Assembly (NCBI GenBank): GCA_021604145.1
Contig: BQIX01000002.1
Location: forward strand, 9,250-73,249
Reading direction: 5' to 3'
DNA from: Nitrospirales bacterium
Lineage (GTDB): Bacteria; Nitrospirota; Nitrospiria; Nitrospirales; UBA8639
DNA: 64,000 bases
The position numbers and the translations under genes are program-made. Below, one piece after another: positions 1-8,363 of this stretch. Under the pieces are notes generated by a model that did not search any database, was not told the origin of the DNA, and saw nothing but the letters and a program-made list of their open reading frames with translations. The first letter of the stretch is position 1. Each line of letters begins with the position of its first letter.

Positions 1-2080
1 ACGCCCGAGCATGTCCAACTAAGATCAATTTGCTTTTCGCCCGAGTCATTGCCACGTTTAACAGCCGTGTGCCTCCACTCGTGGACTGTGTCCGACAGAG
101 AAAGCTCTGCCGCAGATTGTTGATAATCGTGGTATCAAAAATGACGACATCAAATTGCTGCCCTTGGCATTGATGGATGGTGCCCACATGCACGTTCGAT
201 TCCCAGCCGTGCAGCTTGACGCATCGTTCAAGGACGGTCGTCTGTGCGCGATAGGGACTCATCACGGCAATCGTGAGGGGAGTGGACGTGGGATCCTGAT
301 TTAACAGGGTCTGCGCAATCAGTCGCAGGACGATACGCGCATGATACAAATTGCGTGGCGAGCCACGTTCATCACGCTGAATCTGTGGGCAGGCTGATGT
401 GGTATCGACGATCGCTAAGGGGGCATGGGGAAAGGGTGGTAAGGACACCACGGCCTCTCGGGTATCGAAGAGAAAGTCGGCAGAGTGAAAGGGTAAGCCT
501 CGCTGCCGGTAGAGCGTGCCTGCCAGGTCGCCAATATCGGGATGCATCCGATATTGCGTGCTGAGGGCGACCACACGTGGATCATGGTGGTTCTGAATTT
601 CTGCGAGATCATAGATGGATTGTGTCAGCCATTGAGCCGATGGAGACGACGTGTTCCGGGCAATGGGCGGATTTTGTAAAAAATCACCGACCAGGACAAC
701 ATGTTCTGTGGCGAGACACAGCGTCGCAAAGAGGGCAGGGAGACTGGCCAAACTGGCTTCATCAACGATCACCATGTCAAAGCGTTCGGACTCGAACAGC
801 CTGAAACAGGAAGCCCGCGTGAGGGTTGTTGCAACCACCTGAGCATCGTGCACGAGCTCACGCTCTAAGCCCTGGAGTGTCATACGAAGAGATTCAAGCT
901 GCGCCTGTATGTCAGTAAGTTGCGCTTCGGCTTGCCGTAACGCGTCGTAGATTTCAAACGTGGAACGTCTCTGGTCATCACAGAGGCCTTCAGCTGCGCG
1001 GTCATACTCTTGTCTCTGTGCCTTGGCTAATTGATCCTCCAGTGTGCTGAATGCTTTAAGCAGCGTTCTAGCTTTACTGTGAAGCGATTGGAGAGTTTGG
1101 TTGTGCGTAGCAATGGCCTTCAGCAGATTTTTGCGTCGTCGAGGCCATAACCAGTTGGTCCAGGAAAATATGGCCGGTAATTTCTTTTGAAGAAGGCCTC
1201 GTTGAGCGGTAATTCTCTGTATTTGGTTTTGAACGTCCGTCAACGAGCGATCAATGCGATTTCGGTCTCTCATGAGTGCAGAAATCTGTCTGCTGTGCTG
1301 TTCTCTCTCATTGACCTGTTCTAATTCTTTTCGAAGTTCTTCAATTTCAGTGTCTATTGTCGTCACAATGGTTTGAAGTTGTGTGTACTTCTCTCGAAGC
1401 GGCGCGGCACGTTCATGCAGCTGTTCCGTGAGTGTGACCGAATGGATACGCGGTGACGCATCCGCACTCGGTGTTCCTACACGCAGGATGGTGTCTGCGT
1501 GATCCTCTTGCAGATTCTCCAGCACACCATCGAGGGCATGATCCACTGCGGCATTTGTTGTGGAACACAACAGGACGCGGAGGCCACGATGTAATGCAGA
1601 CTGAAGGATCTGCCCAATCACTCGAGTCTTCCCTGTTCCCGGAGGTCCCCACAGAAAGAGCAGATCATCGGTTAACGCCCGGCGGTAGGCTTCTCGTTGC
1701 GACGCATCCAGCGAGTCCTCTTCAAAAAGAGTTGGAGGAAAGGTGATCGTGTCTGGGTGACTGTTGGGGGATACTGCCTTAAGTGCTAGGGGGGTAGACC
1801 AGTCGGTTGGATGCCGACCGATGACGTGTAAGCGCTCTTGCAGTCGATGCAAGAGGTCGACGGAGGTGACCAGTGGCCTTACCTCCTCAACCGGTTCGGG
1901 AATTTCCTCTTCCGGATGCAGGGCAAGATTGTGAGAGGTGGGACAATCCTGGGAAGGACGATGGGAAGAGGTAACGGGAGAAGATGAGGATCGCGCAGCC
2001 GTGTCGTGCAAGACGGCGATTTCGTCTGTGAGTGCCGCATCAAACGAGTGAAGGAGTTGATCGAGCGAAGGTACCGACAT
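1..2080 (-). CDS. SF1 DNA2/Upf1-type helicase (AAA_11/AAA_12-like); 3' end runs off the left edge of the window
   Basis: Own minus-strand translation from ATG 2080-2078 (AGGAGG at 2090-2085). Motifs found: LFLWGPPGTGKT Walker A (~1660-1625), TTNAAVD (Ia), a long charged coiled-coil-like insert, MVIVDEAS (II, ~770-745), LVGDFLQNPP (III), VGTIHQCQGQQFDVVIFD (V, ~190-135), LNVAMTRAKSKLILVG (VI, ~60-15). The frame stays open to position 1, so it is absent from the ORF track. Confidence 0.85.
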   Translation of the reverse strand, partial: MSVPSLDQLLHSFDAALTDEIAVLHDTAARSSSSPVTSSHRPSQDCPTSHNLALHPEEEIPEPVEEVRPLVTSVDLLHRLQERLHVIGRHPTDWSTPLALKAVSPNSHPDTITFPPTLFEEDSLDASQREAYRRALTDDLLFLWGPPGTGKTRVIGQILQSALHRGLRVLLCSTTNAAVDHALDGVLENLQEDHADTILRVGTPSADASPRIHSVTLTEQLHERAAPLREKYTQLQTIVTTIDTEIEELRKELEQVNEREQHSRQISALMRDRNRIDRSLTDVQNQIQRITAQRGLLQKKLPAIFSWTNWLWPRRRKNLLKAIATHNQTLQSLHSKARTLLKAFSTLEDQLAKAQRQEYDRAAEGLCDDQRRSTFEIYDALRQAEAQLTDIQAQLESLRMTLQGLERELVHDAQVVATTLTRASCFRLFESERFDMVIVDEASLASLPALFATLCLATEHVVLVGDFLQNPPIARNTSSPSAQWLTQSIYDLAEIQNHHDPRVVALSTQYRMHPDIGDLAGTLYRQRGLPFHSADFLFDTREAVVSLPPFPHAPLAIVDTTSACPQIQRDERGSPRNLYHARIVLRLIAQTLLNQDPTSTPLTIAVMSPYRAQTTVLERCVKLHGWESNVHVGTIHQCQGQQFDVVIFDTTIINNLRQSFLCRTQSTSGGTRLLNVAMTRAKSKLILVGHARA

Positions 2081-2277
2081 AGTGCCTCCTGGTTTCGATT
2101 TTTCAATTGATGCTAGCGGCGAGGAATTGCGCTCGGAACGAGCGCCCGGAAGAAGGGTTTGATTGTCGGGGTAGAAGGTTGATTAGAAAAGCAAGGATAC
2201 CGGGCAACCAAACGCATGACTATTAGCTTTTGGGGAATTGGCCAGAGCATGCCAATCTTTATTCCGCGCACTTGCCA

Positions 2278-2682
2278 TCATGGCATTGTGCCTATTCGCT
2301 CATTCTTCACTTGAAGATCCCCTAGCTCTTCTAGAATTTCGTTACACCGATCCAAGTCAGCATCTTCAACATCTTGATCTAACGTCGAGTGTATCTGGCA
2401 GTGCTTCCGAATGAGCTGACGCAACAGTCGTATGAGCGCCTGCTCAGCCAGTTCATACGACCAATACTCTTCTTCAATATCCTTTTCTAAATATCCATGG
2501 TGGTTCAGCACAAAGCGAACTTGTCCGCCATAACTAAACCGCGTTTCAATGGTGAAGTGGCAGTCATGATCCTTATGATGTTCGAGGCCGATTGTTCGGT
2601 ACCACAGCGCCATGAGTTTAGAAATGACCCGTGTAGGACAGAATGAAGAGTTCGAAGAGATCGAAGCGTGTTGCTGGTTCAT
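2278..2682 (-). CDS. hypothetical protein, 134 aa
   Basis: ORF track. GGAGGGA-type RBS just upstream of ATG 2682. Acidic C-terminal half. No family recognised. Confidence 0.55.
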   Translation of the reverse strand: MNQQHASISSNSSFCPTRVISKLMALWYRTIGLEHHKDHDCHFTIETRFSYGGQVRFVLNHHGYLEKDIEEEYWSYELAEQALIRLLRQLIRKHCQIHSTLDQDVEDADLDRCNEILEELGDLQVKNERIGTMP

Positions 2683-2760
2683 GAGTATCCCTCCGTGAAA
2701 GAGAAAGCGTGAGGAGACTCAGCGAGGCGCTGACGACTTTGCAGAGGACTCTTGAGTCGA

Positions 2761-3006
2761 CTAGGCGTCGTTGAGAGCTGATGGTTGTTTCCAGTGGCGT
2801 TCGCTGCACAAGGGGCAAATCCACGCAATGACGATAATGGCGGAACTGTTTGTCGGCATGCATCGCTCTCGGCTAAAGAGAAGTGTTGAATTGCCGCATT
2901 TCGAACAATTCGCCGGTGTGTCCGTGTACCAGTGCTGGGGAAGAAGAGAATCTGCGGATGTTTGCCGGAAACTTCGCGAGATTCCAGCTGCGATACCGCT
3001 GCACAT
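2761..3006 (-). CDS. small zinc-ribbon-like protein (CxxC ... CxxC), ~81 aa
   Basis: The ORF track lists 2761-3012. ATG at 3006 lies 5 nt after AGGAGG (3018-3013). The peptide contains CSKCGN and CPLCSERH, about 36 aa apart. Confidence 0.5.
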   Translation of the reverse strand: MCSGIAAGISRSFRQTSADSLLPQHWYTDTPANCSKCGNSTLLFSRERCMPTNSSAIIVIAWICPLCSERHWKQPSALNDA

Positions 3007-3025
3007 GTGCACCTCCTTTTTGACT

Positions 3026-3286
3026 CTAGTTCTCTGAAGATGAGTGAATTTTTACAGACGATGTGTGATCGACTACTGTCACCGATTGACTCCGGAAGTC
3101 CGCCCACGCCTCTTGGCTCCAACGTTGAAGTTCTTTGAACGCAGCTGGGGTACTTTGTCGAAAGACGGCGGCAAACGCCCCAATCAAGACAATGCTCGTG
3201 GCGATCGGTCCTTTATCGGCCACGAGGATAGCTACCATGACAAACCAGCCGGCGATGAGGAAGAGAAACAGTTTGTGGCGTAACAT
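3026..3286 (-). CDS. small membrane protein, 86 aa
   Basis: ORF track. GGAGG upstream. The N-terminal half has two hydrophobic helices (LFLFLIAGWFVMVAILVA, IVLIGAFAAVF). Confidence 0.55.
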   Translation of the reverse strand: MLRHKLFLFLIAGWFVMVAILVADKGPIATSIVLIGAFAAVFRQSTPAAFKELQRWSQEAWADFRSQSVTVVDHTSSVKIHSSSEN

Positions 3287-3316
3287 AAAAAATACCTCCC
3301 ATAAAAGTGAACGTAC

Positions 3317-3484
3317 TTACTCCGTGGTCTGCACAGTATTGACCAAGTCGACTAACCCGCTGATGAAGTCGACATAGGGCTCGATAAAAGGGTGAACCAT
3401 TTCAACGATGTACAGGCCGATGATGATCCCTCCAACAAGGACACCCCAAAGAAACACTTTGAAGGCGATTTCGTAGGTCATCAT
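3317..3484 (-). CDS. tiny membrane protein, 55 aa (below ORF-track cutoff)
   Basis: Own translation: MMTYEIAFKVFLWGVLVGGIIIGLYIVEMVHPFIEPYVDFISGLVDLVNTVQTTE. AGGAGGGA lies directly upstream. One clear TM helix. Confidence 0.45.
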   Translation of the reverse strand: MMTYEIAFKVFLWGVLVGGIIIGLYIVEMVHPFIEPYVDFISGLVDLVNTVQTTE

Positions 3485-3581
3485 TTCCCTCCTGTGAACC
3501 TACCTCTGAGATGAGGAGGGGTATCCTCTCCTACTGGAGTATTACGAGATAGGATTGTGTCGAAACTGTTGAAGCGAAGTG

Positions 3582-3956
3582 TTACGAGAAGAGAGTGGTG
3601 AGAGTTTGCAAGATTTTGGGAAAATCATAGGGTTTGGCTAAGACGTCTTTGACCCAGGGATGGGTGGCCTTCTGTTTCACTTCGTGGAGGGATTGGCCTG
3701 TGACAATGAGGATGGGAATTTGCTTGACCAAAGGGCTGCTCGCTAGGGCTTCGAGAAGTTGAAAGCCATTCATTTCGGGCATATTGAGATCCATGATAAC
3801 GAGATCAAAGTGTTCCGAATGCAATTTACTCAAGCCTTCAGCACCATTTTCCGCTTCCTGACATACGTAGCCGTGATATACGAGAAAATCGCGAAGACAT
3901 AGACGGTTCGATTCCTCGTCTTCAACCAGTAATATCTTCTTATTCTTGCTTGTCAT
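3582..3956 (-). CDS. single-domain response regulator (CheY-like receiver)
   Basis: KILLVEDEE ... DLVIMDLNMPEMNG ... ILIVTG ... AKP receiver signature. The internal ATG at 3956 (MTSKNKK) is preferred to the 4115 start. Confidence 0.85.
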   Translation of the reverse strand: MTSKNKKILLVEDEESNRLCLRDFLVYHGYVCQEAENGAEGLSKLHSEHFDLVIMDLNMPEMNGFQLLEALASSPLVKQIPILIVTGQSLHEVKQKATHPWVKDVLAKPYDFPKILQTLTTLFS

Positions 3957-4514
3957 CGTGTTTTTCCATTCTTGATGTTCACATGGTTGGTTTCTTGTCA
4001 TGTGGGATTGGGCGACGCAGCAGTCAGTCGAAAAGGGATTGTTCCTTTCCTTCAATATGGAATATCGTCCAGACATAGATACTGAACAAACTACGAGTCG
4101 CGTTCGCGAAAGCACAATCCCCTCTAAAAGACTAGGCCTGTAATCTCAGAGATTTGTTGCGAGGAACTTGTATGGGGGCCTCATCCGTGCAACACATTCT
4201 CTAGGGAAACGGTAACAGACCAATGAAAGTTTTTAGCTTGCAGCACACTACCTAAGGGACACGAAAAAAAGGCTAGTCTTCGTTAGAGAAATCGATTGGA
4301 ACGGCAGGGAGAGTGAATAGATGACTCTAAATCGTGAAAGTATCGAAGTTTGGTTTGAGCATCTTGGAAAAACCGTTTCGCCGCTCTTCGCAGAGCATTG
4401 GCGCTTTTTCGTTTCCACAGCCTTCTTACTCTTGATGCAGGCTTTATTTGCTCTACGAATACTAGTCTTTGGGTCTTGCTATCTATTCTTGTTGAAACAG
4501 TTCAACATTTGGGA

Positions 4515-5315
4515 TTATCGTGATCCTTCAGAAAACAGTCCTGCGATGCCGTTTTCTAATCGTTGAGTTAACACGGGTGTCGCTTCTTCTAGATCCAGCC
4601 ACATTTTTTGCGCGCTCGCCACGTATCGAACTTGGTGTAGTCGCTCTTTCCCCCGTCGAGTTTCGGTGATCCCCTGTTCAACCTGTCCGACCGATGGACC
4701 TTCCCGTGATCGTCCAGTAAATAACCCGCCAAGAAGTGAAAGTCCTAATGACTTCCCACCATGGTTTGTTTGTGTGGTGATCGTTTGTTCAACGACCTCT
4801 TTGGTTTTCTCAGTCACCTGAACATCGGTTGCGCACACATACACCGTATCTTCCGTAATTTTTGAAATTCCCACCCCGCCAACGGCTCCAGCAGCGCCAA
4901 GAATGGGAATGGTGGAAAAACTCGAGCCACTCAGGGCGGCAGCTGTTCCCGCTGTGGCGCCAAGGGTGCCGCCAAATCCTCCAGCGACGAGCGTGTCTGC
5001 GGTTGTGCCAGGCTTTTGCTCGTCGCAGTACACGACATTAACCTGCAGTAAGAATTGTGCTTCCTCAGCATCGGTCACGACCTGATACCCTTTCGCTTCC
5101 AAGATTGAGGAGAGCCGGCTAAACTGAACATTGGGATTGTCAGACGTATTGGTGGTTTCGACCAAGACGGTTTTCTGGGAAGATGGTTTCAGGAAGACAC
5201 TTTTGCTGGTCTTGAGGGTTGTTTGCGTGCTGAGGGTGAAGTGTCCACTGCAGGCGGTAAACATCGGAACAGTGAGAAAGAGAATAATCAGTGGCCTCAG
5301 TTTCTGTTGACTCAT
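4515..5315 (-). CDS. traT: TraT-like surface-exclusion / complement-resistance lipoprotein
   Basis: Lipobox MFTACSG. Blocks match F-plasmid TraT as I recall it: FLKPSSQKTVLVETTNTSD, EAKGYQVVTD, a Gly/Ala-rich core, EDTVYVCATDVQVTEKTK, ASAQKMWLDLEEATPVL. The second ATG (5315) has GGAGG 5 nt upstream. Confidence 0.85.
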   Translation of the reverse strand: MSQQKLRPLIILFLTVPMFTACSGHFTLSTQTTLKTSKSVFLKPSSQKTVLVETTNTSDNPNVQFSRLSSILEAKGYQVVTDAEEAQFLLQVNVVYCDEQKPGTTADTLVAGGFGGTLGATAGTAAALSGSSFSTIPILGAAGAVGGVGISKITEDTVYVCATDVQVTEKTKEVVEQTITTQTNHGGKSLGLSLLGGLFTGRSREGPSVGQVEQGITETRRGKERLHQVRYVASAQKMWLDLEEATPVLTQRLENGIAGLFSEGSR

Positions 5316-5333
5316 AAGAACCTCCATTTTGAA

Positions 5334-5963
5334 CTACGGCCTCGATAATGATGAATGCCACTCCTGAAGACGCAGTCGAACCATCTGTTGCTGTCTCGGT
5401 TTCAAGGCTCGTTCAAGCGAAGCTCGTAGTTCCTGGGCCTCGGGAATCTTGTGTTCATCTGCCAGTGTGGCCCAGAACAGGGACTCCGGAAGGTTTGGCT
5501 GAATGCCTAGGCGTCCTTCAAAATGAATGGCGGCGAGTTCAAATTGTGCCAGACCAAAATCCTTTTGAGCAGCGTGTGTAAACCAAACGAGGGCCTGCTG
5601 AGGATCGGGGTCTGTCCACATGCCCGTTTCGTATGCCGTTCCCATCAAGAGTTGAGCTTCTGGCAAACCATGTTTCGCTGACTGTGCGAGCCACTGAAAG
5701 GGAGCGAGCGCATCCCGAGGATCTGGGACAAGGCTCAGGCAAAACTCGGCGAGTGGATCCTGTTGTTGAGCTCGGGCTTCAAGTTGAACACGCAGACGGT
5801 ACAGATTCCCTGCTACTGCCGTGAGTTCCTGGCATTTGCGCACGGCCGGCAACTCAGCGGGACCGGAAGGGGGCAGGGCATAGGATAGTGGAACTTCTGC
5901 CATCAGAAGCAAACTGAAAAGACAGATGCTCTTGTACCAACGCACAGGTAATCGGTAATTCAT
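5334..5963 (-). CDS. secreted Sel1-repeat (TPR-like) protein
   Basis: N-terminal signal peptide. Sel1-type repeats (GLPEAQLLMGTAYETG, ALVWFTHAAQKDFGLAQFELAAIHFEG). Its stop is 18 nt before the traT-like start. Confidence 0.8.
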   Translation of the reverse strand: MNYRLPVRWYKSICLFSLLLMAEVPLSYALPPSGPAELPAVRKCQELTAVAGNLYRLRVQLEARAQQQDPLAEFCLSLVPDPRDALAPFQWLAQSAKHGLPEAQLLMGTAYETGMWTDPDPQQALVWFTHAAQKDFGLAQFELAAIHFEGRLGIQPNLPESLFWATLADEHKIPEAQELRASLERALKPRQQQMVRLRLQEWHSSLSRP

Positions 5964-6260
5964 CTCACTATAAGTATTACGCGACAGATGATCCTACTAT
6001 TGTTTTGCAGCATTCCGAGGGCACATTTCTATACAGTGTGATTTTTGTCACACTCATTTTGCCGGGAGTCAGTGTCGTGTCTGCTGGTGCCAGCAAACAC
6101 TGTGCTCATCATGTGTCGCCAAGTACATTGAAGGATGTCGTGATCGGCTATGGTCGAAACAGGTCGTTACAGAGACTCAAGTGGATGAACCGCTTGAGAC
6201 AAAGGACATGAGGTCATGAAATTTGTAAGATGTGATCAGCGTTGAACAGTTTTTCTCTGA

Positions 6261-6491
6261 TTAATCTTCAACCGTGATGGTATGACCAGGATACTTTTTT
6301 CGGACGATGTCTTTGAGTACAGAGAGATAGGGGGAATGTGCGACTTCCACTTCTTGCCATTGTAAACAGGTATGACTATCCCTGACTTGCTGCCACTCAT
6401 AGGCTGCCCACCCAATTATTTTATAGTCCATACCGTGAACCATTGCGCGGACCTGCGTGATCGTGATTTTTGGAGCTTTCGGTTCATCCAT
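6261..6491 (-). CDS. hypothetical protein, 76 aa
   Basis: ORF track only. Co-directional with neighbours. No family recognised. Confidence 0.4.
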   Translation of the reverse strand: MDEPKAPKITITQVRAMVHGMDYKIIGWAAYEWQQVRDSHTCLQWQEVEVAHSPYLSVLKDIVRKKYPGHTITVED

Positions 6492-6573
6492 AGCATCGAA
6501 CCTCTTGTCTTTTGCACGTCAAGAATTTAGTTGTGGGATGATGTTCTAGTGTGGGGGCACGTAACAATCGCTG

Positions 6574-6825
6574 CTATGATGAGATCAGTTCTGAAAAGTG
6601 TTTGTGAACGTAGTCGGCTTCAAAGGTCAGAGCTTTCTGGCGAGATGAAAACGTCTCAGAGAGCTGTTGACCATTGATTAACGTGATCGTCCAGGCTTGT
6701 TCTTGGGTCTCCCATTCAATGTGCGACGCCCGTTCAACGTGCAGAGTGCCAAAAGCGGTCAGAGGAATGTCTTCCGTATATGGACATCGTATGATGCCAA
6801 ATTGATCAATGTGTAGAACGAACAT
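6574..6825 (-). CDS. hypothetical protein, ~83 aa
   Basis: Internal ATG 6825 with GAGGAG 7 nt upstream. Overlaps the upstream gene end by 20 nt, consistent with translational coupling. Confidence 0.45.
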   Translation of the reverse strand: MFVLHIDQFGIIRCPYTEDIPLTAFGTLHVERASHIEWETQEQAWTITLINGQQLSETFSSRQKALTFEADYVHKHFSELISS

Positions 6826-7003
6826 GGGTATGCTCCTCGACCGGAAGATCGTACTCGAGGGTTCTTTTTCGGTCGTCAGTAACGCCAAGGGCTACTTCGA
6901 GCGTTTTGGTGGCATCTTCGCATGTCGAGCCTCGATAGCCCTGTGCTTTGACAGTGACATCACCGGTTGGTGAAATAGAGATGGTAATCGTGGGGTCATC
7001 CAT
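6806..7003 (-). CDS. DUF2997-like small protein, 65 aa
   Basis: ITISISPTGDVTVKAQGYRGSTCEDATKTLEVALG matches my recollection of the DUF2997 pattern (beta-hairpin ... G..G..C...T..lE.aLG). Starts 2 nt after the DUF1257-like stop. Confidence 0.6.
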   Translation of the reverse strand: MDDPTITISISPTGDVTVKAQGYRGSTCEDATKTLEVALGVTDDRKRTLEYDLPVEEHTHVRSTH

Positions 7004-7005
7004 GG

Positions 7006-7413
7006 TCAGGATCTCCCCGTGAGACGAATTTGAAGTGTTCCATCTGAAAGGGTGTTTCGTTGGTAAGTCAGGCCCGCCTCTCGAGCTTGCTCGAGTGCGA
7101 CCGCGGCCTGGTATTCTTGAAGAAACCGCCCAGCTCGTTTACCTAGAATCCTCAGGGCGTCACCATTTCGCACATTTTCTGTTTCTGATAACACCTCTTC
7201 ATCGCAGACAAAGTGATAAGTCTGATCTACCATACGTTTGAGGCCTAGGTCGTATCGGCCTGGGAGTTGTAACACAAAGTCACACATGTCAGAGGACCCG
7301 GCGAAAAAGCGAGCTTTTGCCTGTTGAATGACAGTGATACCGAGTGCCTTTGCAGCGTCGAGGATGGCGTGTGGAAACTTAATCTGAGATTGAATCGTGG
7401 TGAGATGGGACAT
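7006..7413 (-). CDS. DUF1257-like protein, ~135 aa
   Basis: MSHLTTIQSQIKFPHAILDAAKALG resembles the characteristic DUF1257 N-terminus (MSHFTxIxTxI). For that reason the internal ATG 7413 is preferred over 7476. Confidence 0.6.
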   Translation of the reverse strand: MSHLTTIQSQIKFPHAILDAAKALGITVIQQAKARFFAGSSDMCDFVLQLPGRYDLGLKRMVDQTYHFVCDEEVLSETENVRNGDALRILGKRAGRFLQEYQAAVALEQAREAGLTYQRNTLSDGTLQIRLTGRS

Positions 7414-7475
7414 ACGTGCCTCATGAATAAGGGAGTCAATGATCCTGATTAAAAAGATTGAGTTGGAGGAACACA

Positions 7476-8363
7476 TTAGAACTGGAATGTCAGCTGGAGA
7501 TTTGACGTGCCGTTATAATCGTTGCTGGCAATCTCTGGTGATGCTTGCAAGGCCGGAACGTTTGGCGTTGCTTCTTTTGCTGTGCATGAATCTGTCTTTA
7601 AGATATCCGAAGGGAATGGAAACGCCAGCCAAGGGCAATAGAGGGCTCCATTGATTTTGGTGATGGTCAGTACCAGTGGATCGATGTCCATACCGTAGAG
7701 GTTGAGACTATAGTTTGATGTGTGGAGCAACATACGGCCCGTTCCGCAGCACGGATCCATGATTGATCGTGTTCGTGGATCGTGGCCATTTATTGATTCA
7801 CCTTCAACCACCGTCATTTGAGTCATCATTTCGCAGATGGCATGCGGGGTGGGAAAGAAGCCGGTTGTATTCCATCCGCGACTTCGCTGTTCAGCCAACA
7901 ACTCCCCCATATAATCGTAAGGGTGGAGGAGCCAGGGTTCGATATTGACGATGCGGTAGAGTTGTTCGTGAAGGGTTTCGTCTAAAGGCGGTGCTGTGTC
8001 AGCGACGCCGAGTGCCCATGCCATCCAATCGACTATTGAGTGAAACGACGATCCTGCTGAAATTGTTTTCTCAACAAGCCTGCTCCACCGCTCTACGTCA
8101 CGAGGTATAGTTCTGTCGGGAGCAGAACAAAATTCAATATGTGGTATGGGATCAGGAATCAGTCCGCATTCTCGAATCTTTAAATAGTAGTCCCAGCGAT
8201 TCGGGATGTGCGGATGTTGATGGTGAAGTTGAATGACGTACGGAAGGTGGAAGCCCTGATAGGTCCAAGGCGAACGTGGATCCCCGAGTCGTGGAAGTCG
8301 GTGGTGACCTGACACAAAGGCGGCAAGGTCGTGGAGTAGGAAGAGCGATAGCCTTGTAGACAT
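7476..8363 (-). CDS. N6-DNA-methylase-like protein lacking a recognisable catalytic (N/D)PP(Y/F) motif
   Basis: GFFPTPHAICEMMTQM (motif X-like), DPCCGTGRMLL (SAM motif I), and YGMDIDPLVLTITKING are present. The protein ends about 50 aa later with no NPPY/F. Confidence 0.7.
   Translation of the reverse strand: MSTRLSLFLLHDLAAFVSGHHRLPRLGDPRSPWTYQGFHLPYVIQLHHQHPHIPNRWDYYLKIRECGLIPDPIPHIEFCSAPDRTIPRDVERWSRLVEKTISAGSSFHSIVDWMAWALGVADTAPPLDETLHEQLYRIVNIEPWLLHPYDYMGELLAEQRSRGWNTTGFFPTPHAICEMMTQMTVVEGESINGHDPRTRSIMDPCCGTGRMLLHTSNYSLNLYGMDIDPLVLTITKINGALYCPWLAFPFPSDILKTDSCTAKEATPNVPALQASPEIASNDYNGTSNLQLTFQF

Noticed and set aside
2129-2145. Perfect 7-bp stem GCGCTCG-GAA-CGAGCGC between the 134-aa gene and the helicase, considered as a rho-independent terminator.
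   Set aside because: No U-tract follows on the transcribed (minus) strand. It is kept only as a note within the helicase-module finding.
2679-3122. 147-aa minus-strand ORF spanning the gap between the 134-aa gene and the 86-aa membrane protein.
   Set aside because: It has an Arg/Ser/Cys-rich, non-protein-like composition and no RBS. It overlaps two better-supported ORFs (2761-3006 with AGGAGG, and 3026-3286).
4321-4566. 81-aa plus-strand ORF with two hydrophobic segments and a weak GGGAGAG upstream.
   Set aside because: It converges on and overlaps the traT-like 3' end by about 50 nt, and no family is recognised. The evidence is insufficient, though it could be a real small membrane protein.
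6035-6054. Inverted repeat AGTGTGA-N6-TCACACT upstream of the Sel1 gene, considered as a possible operator.
   Set aside because: With 7-bp arms only, a single occurrence, and no regulator gene adjacent, it is too weak to call.
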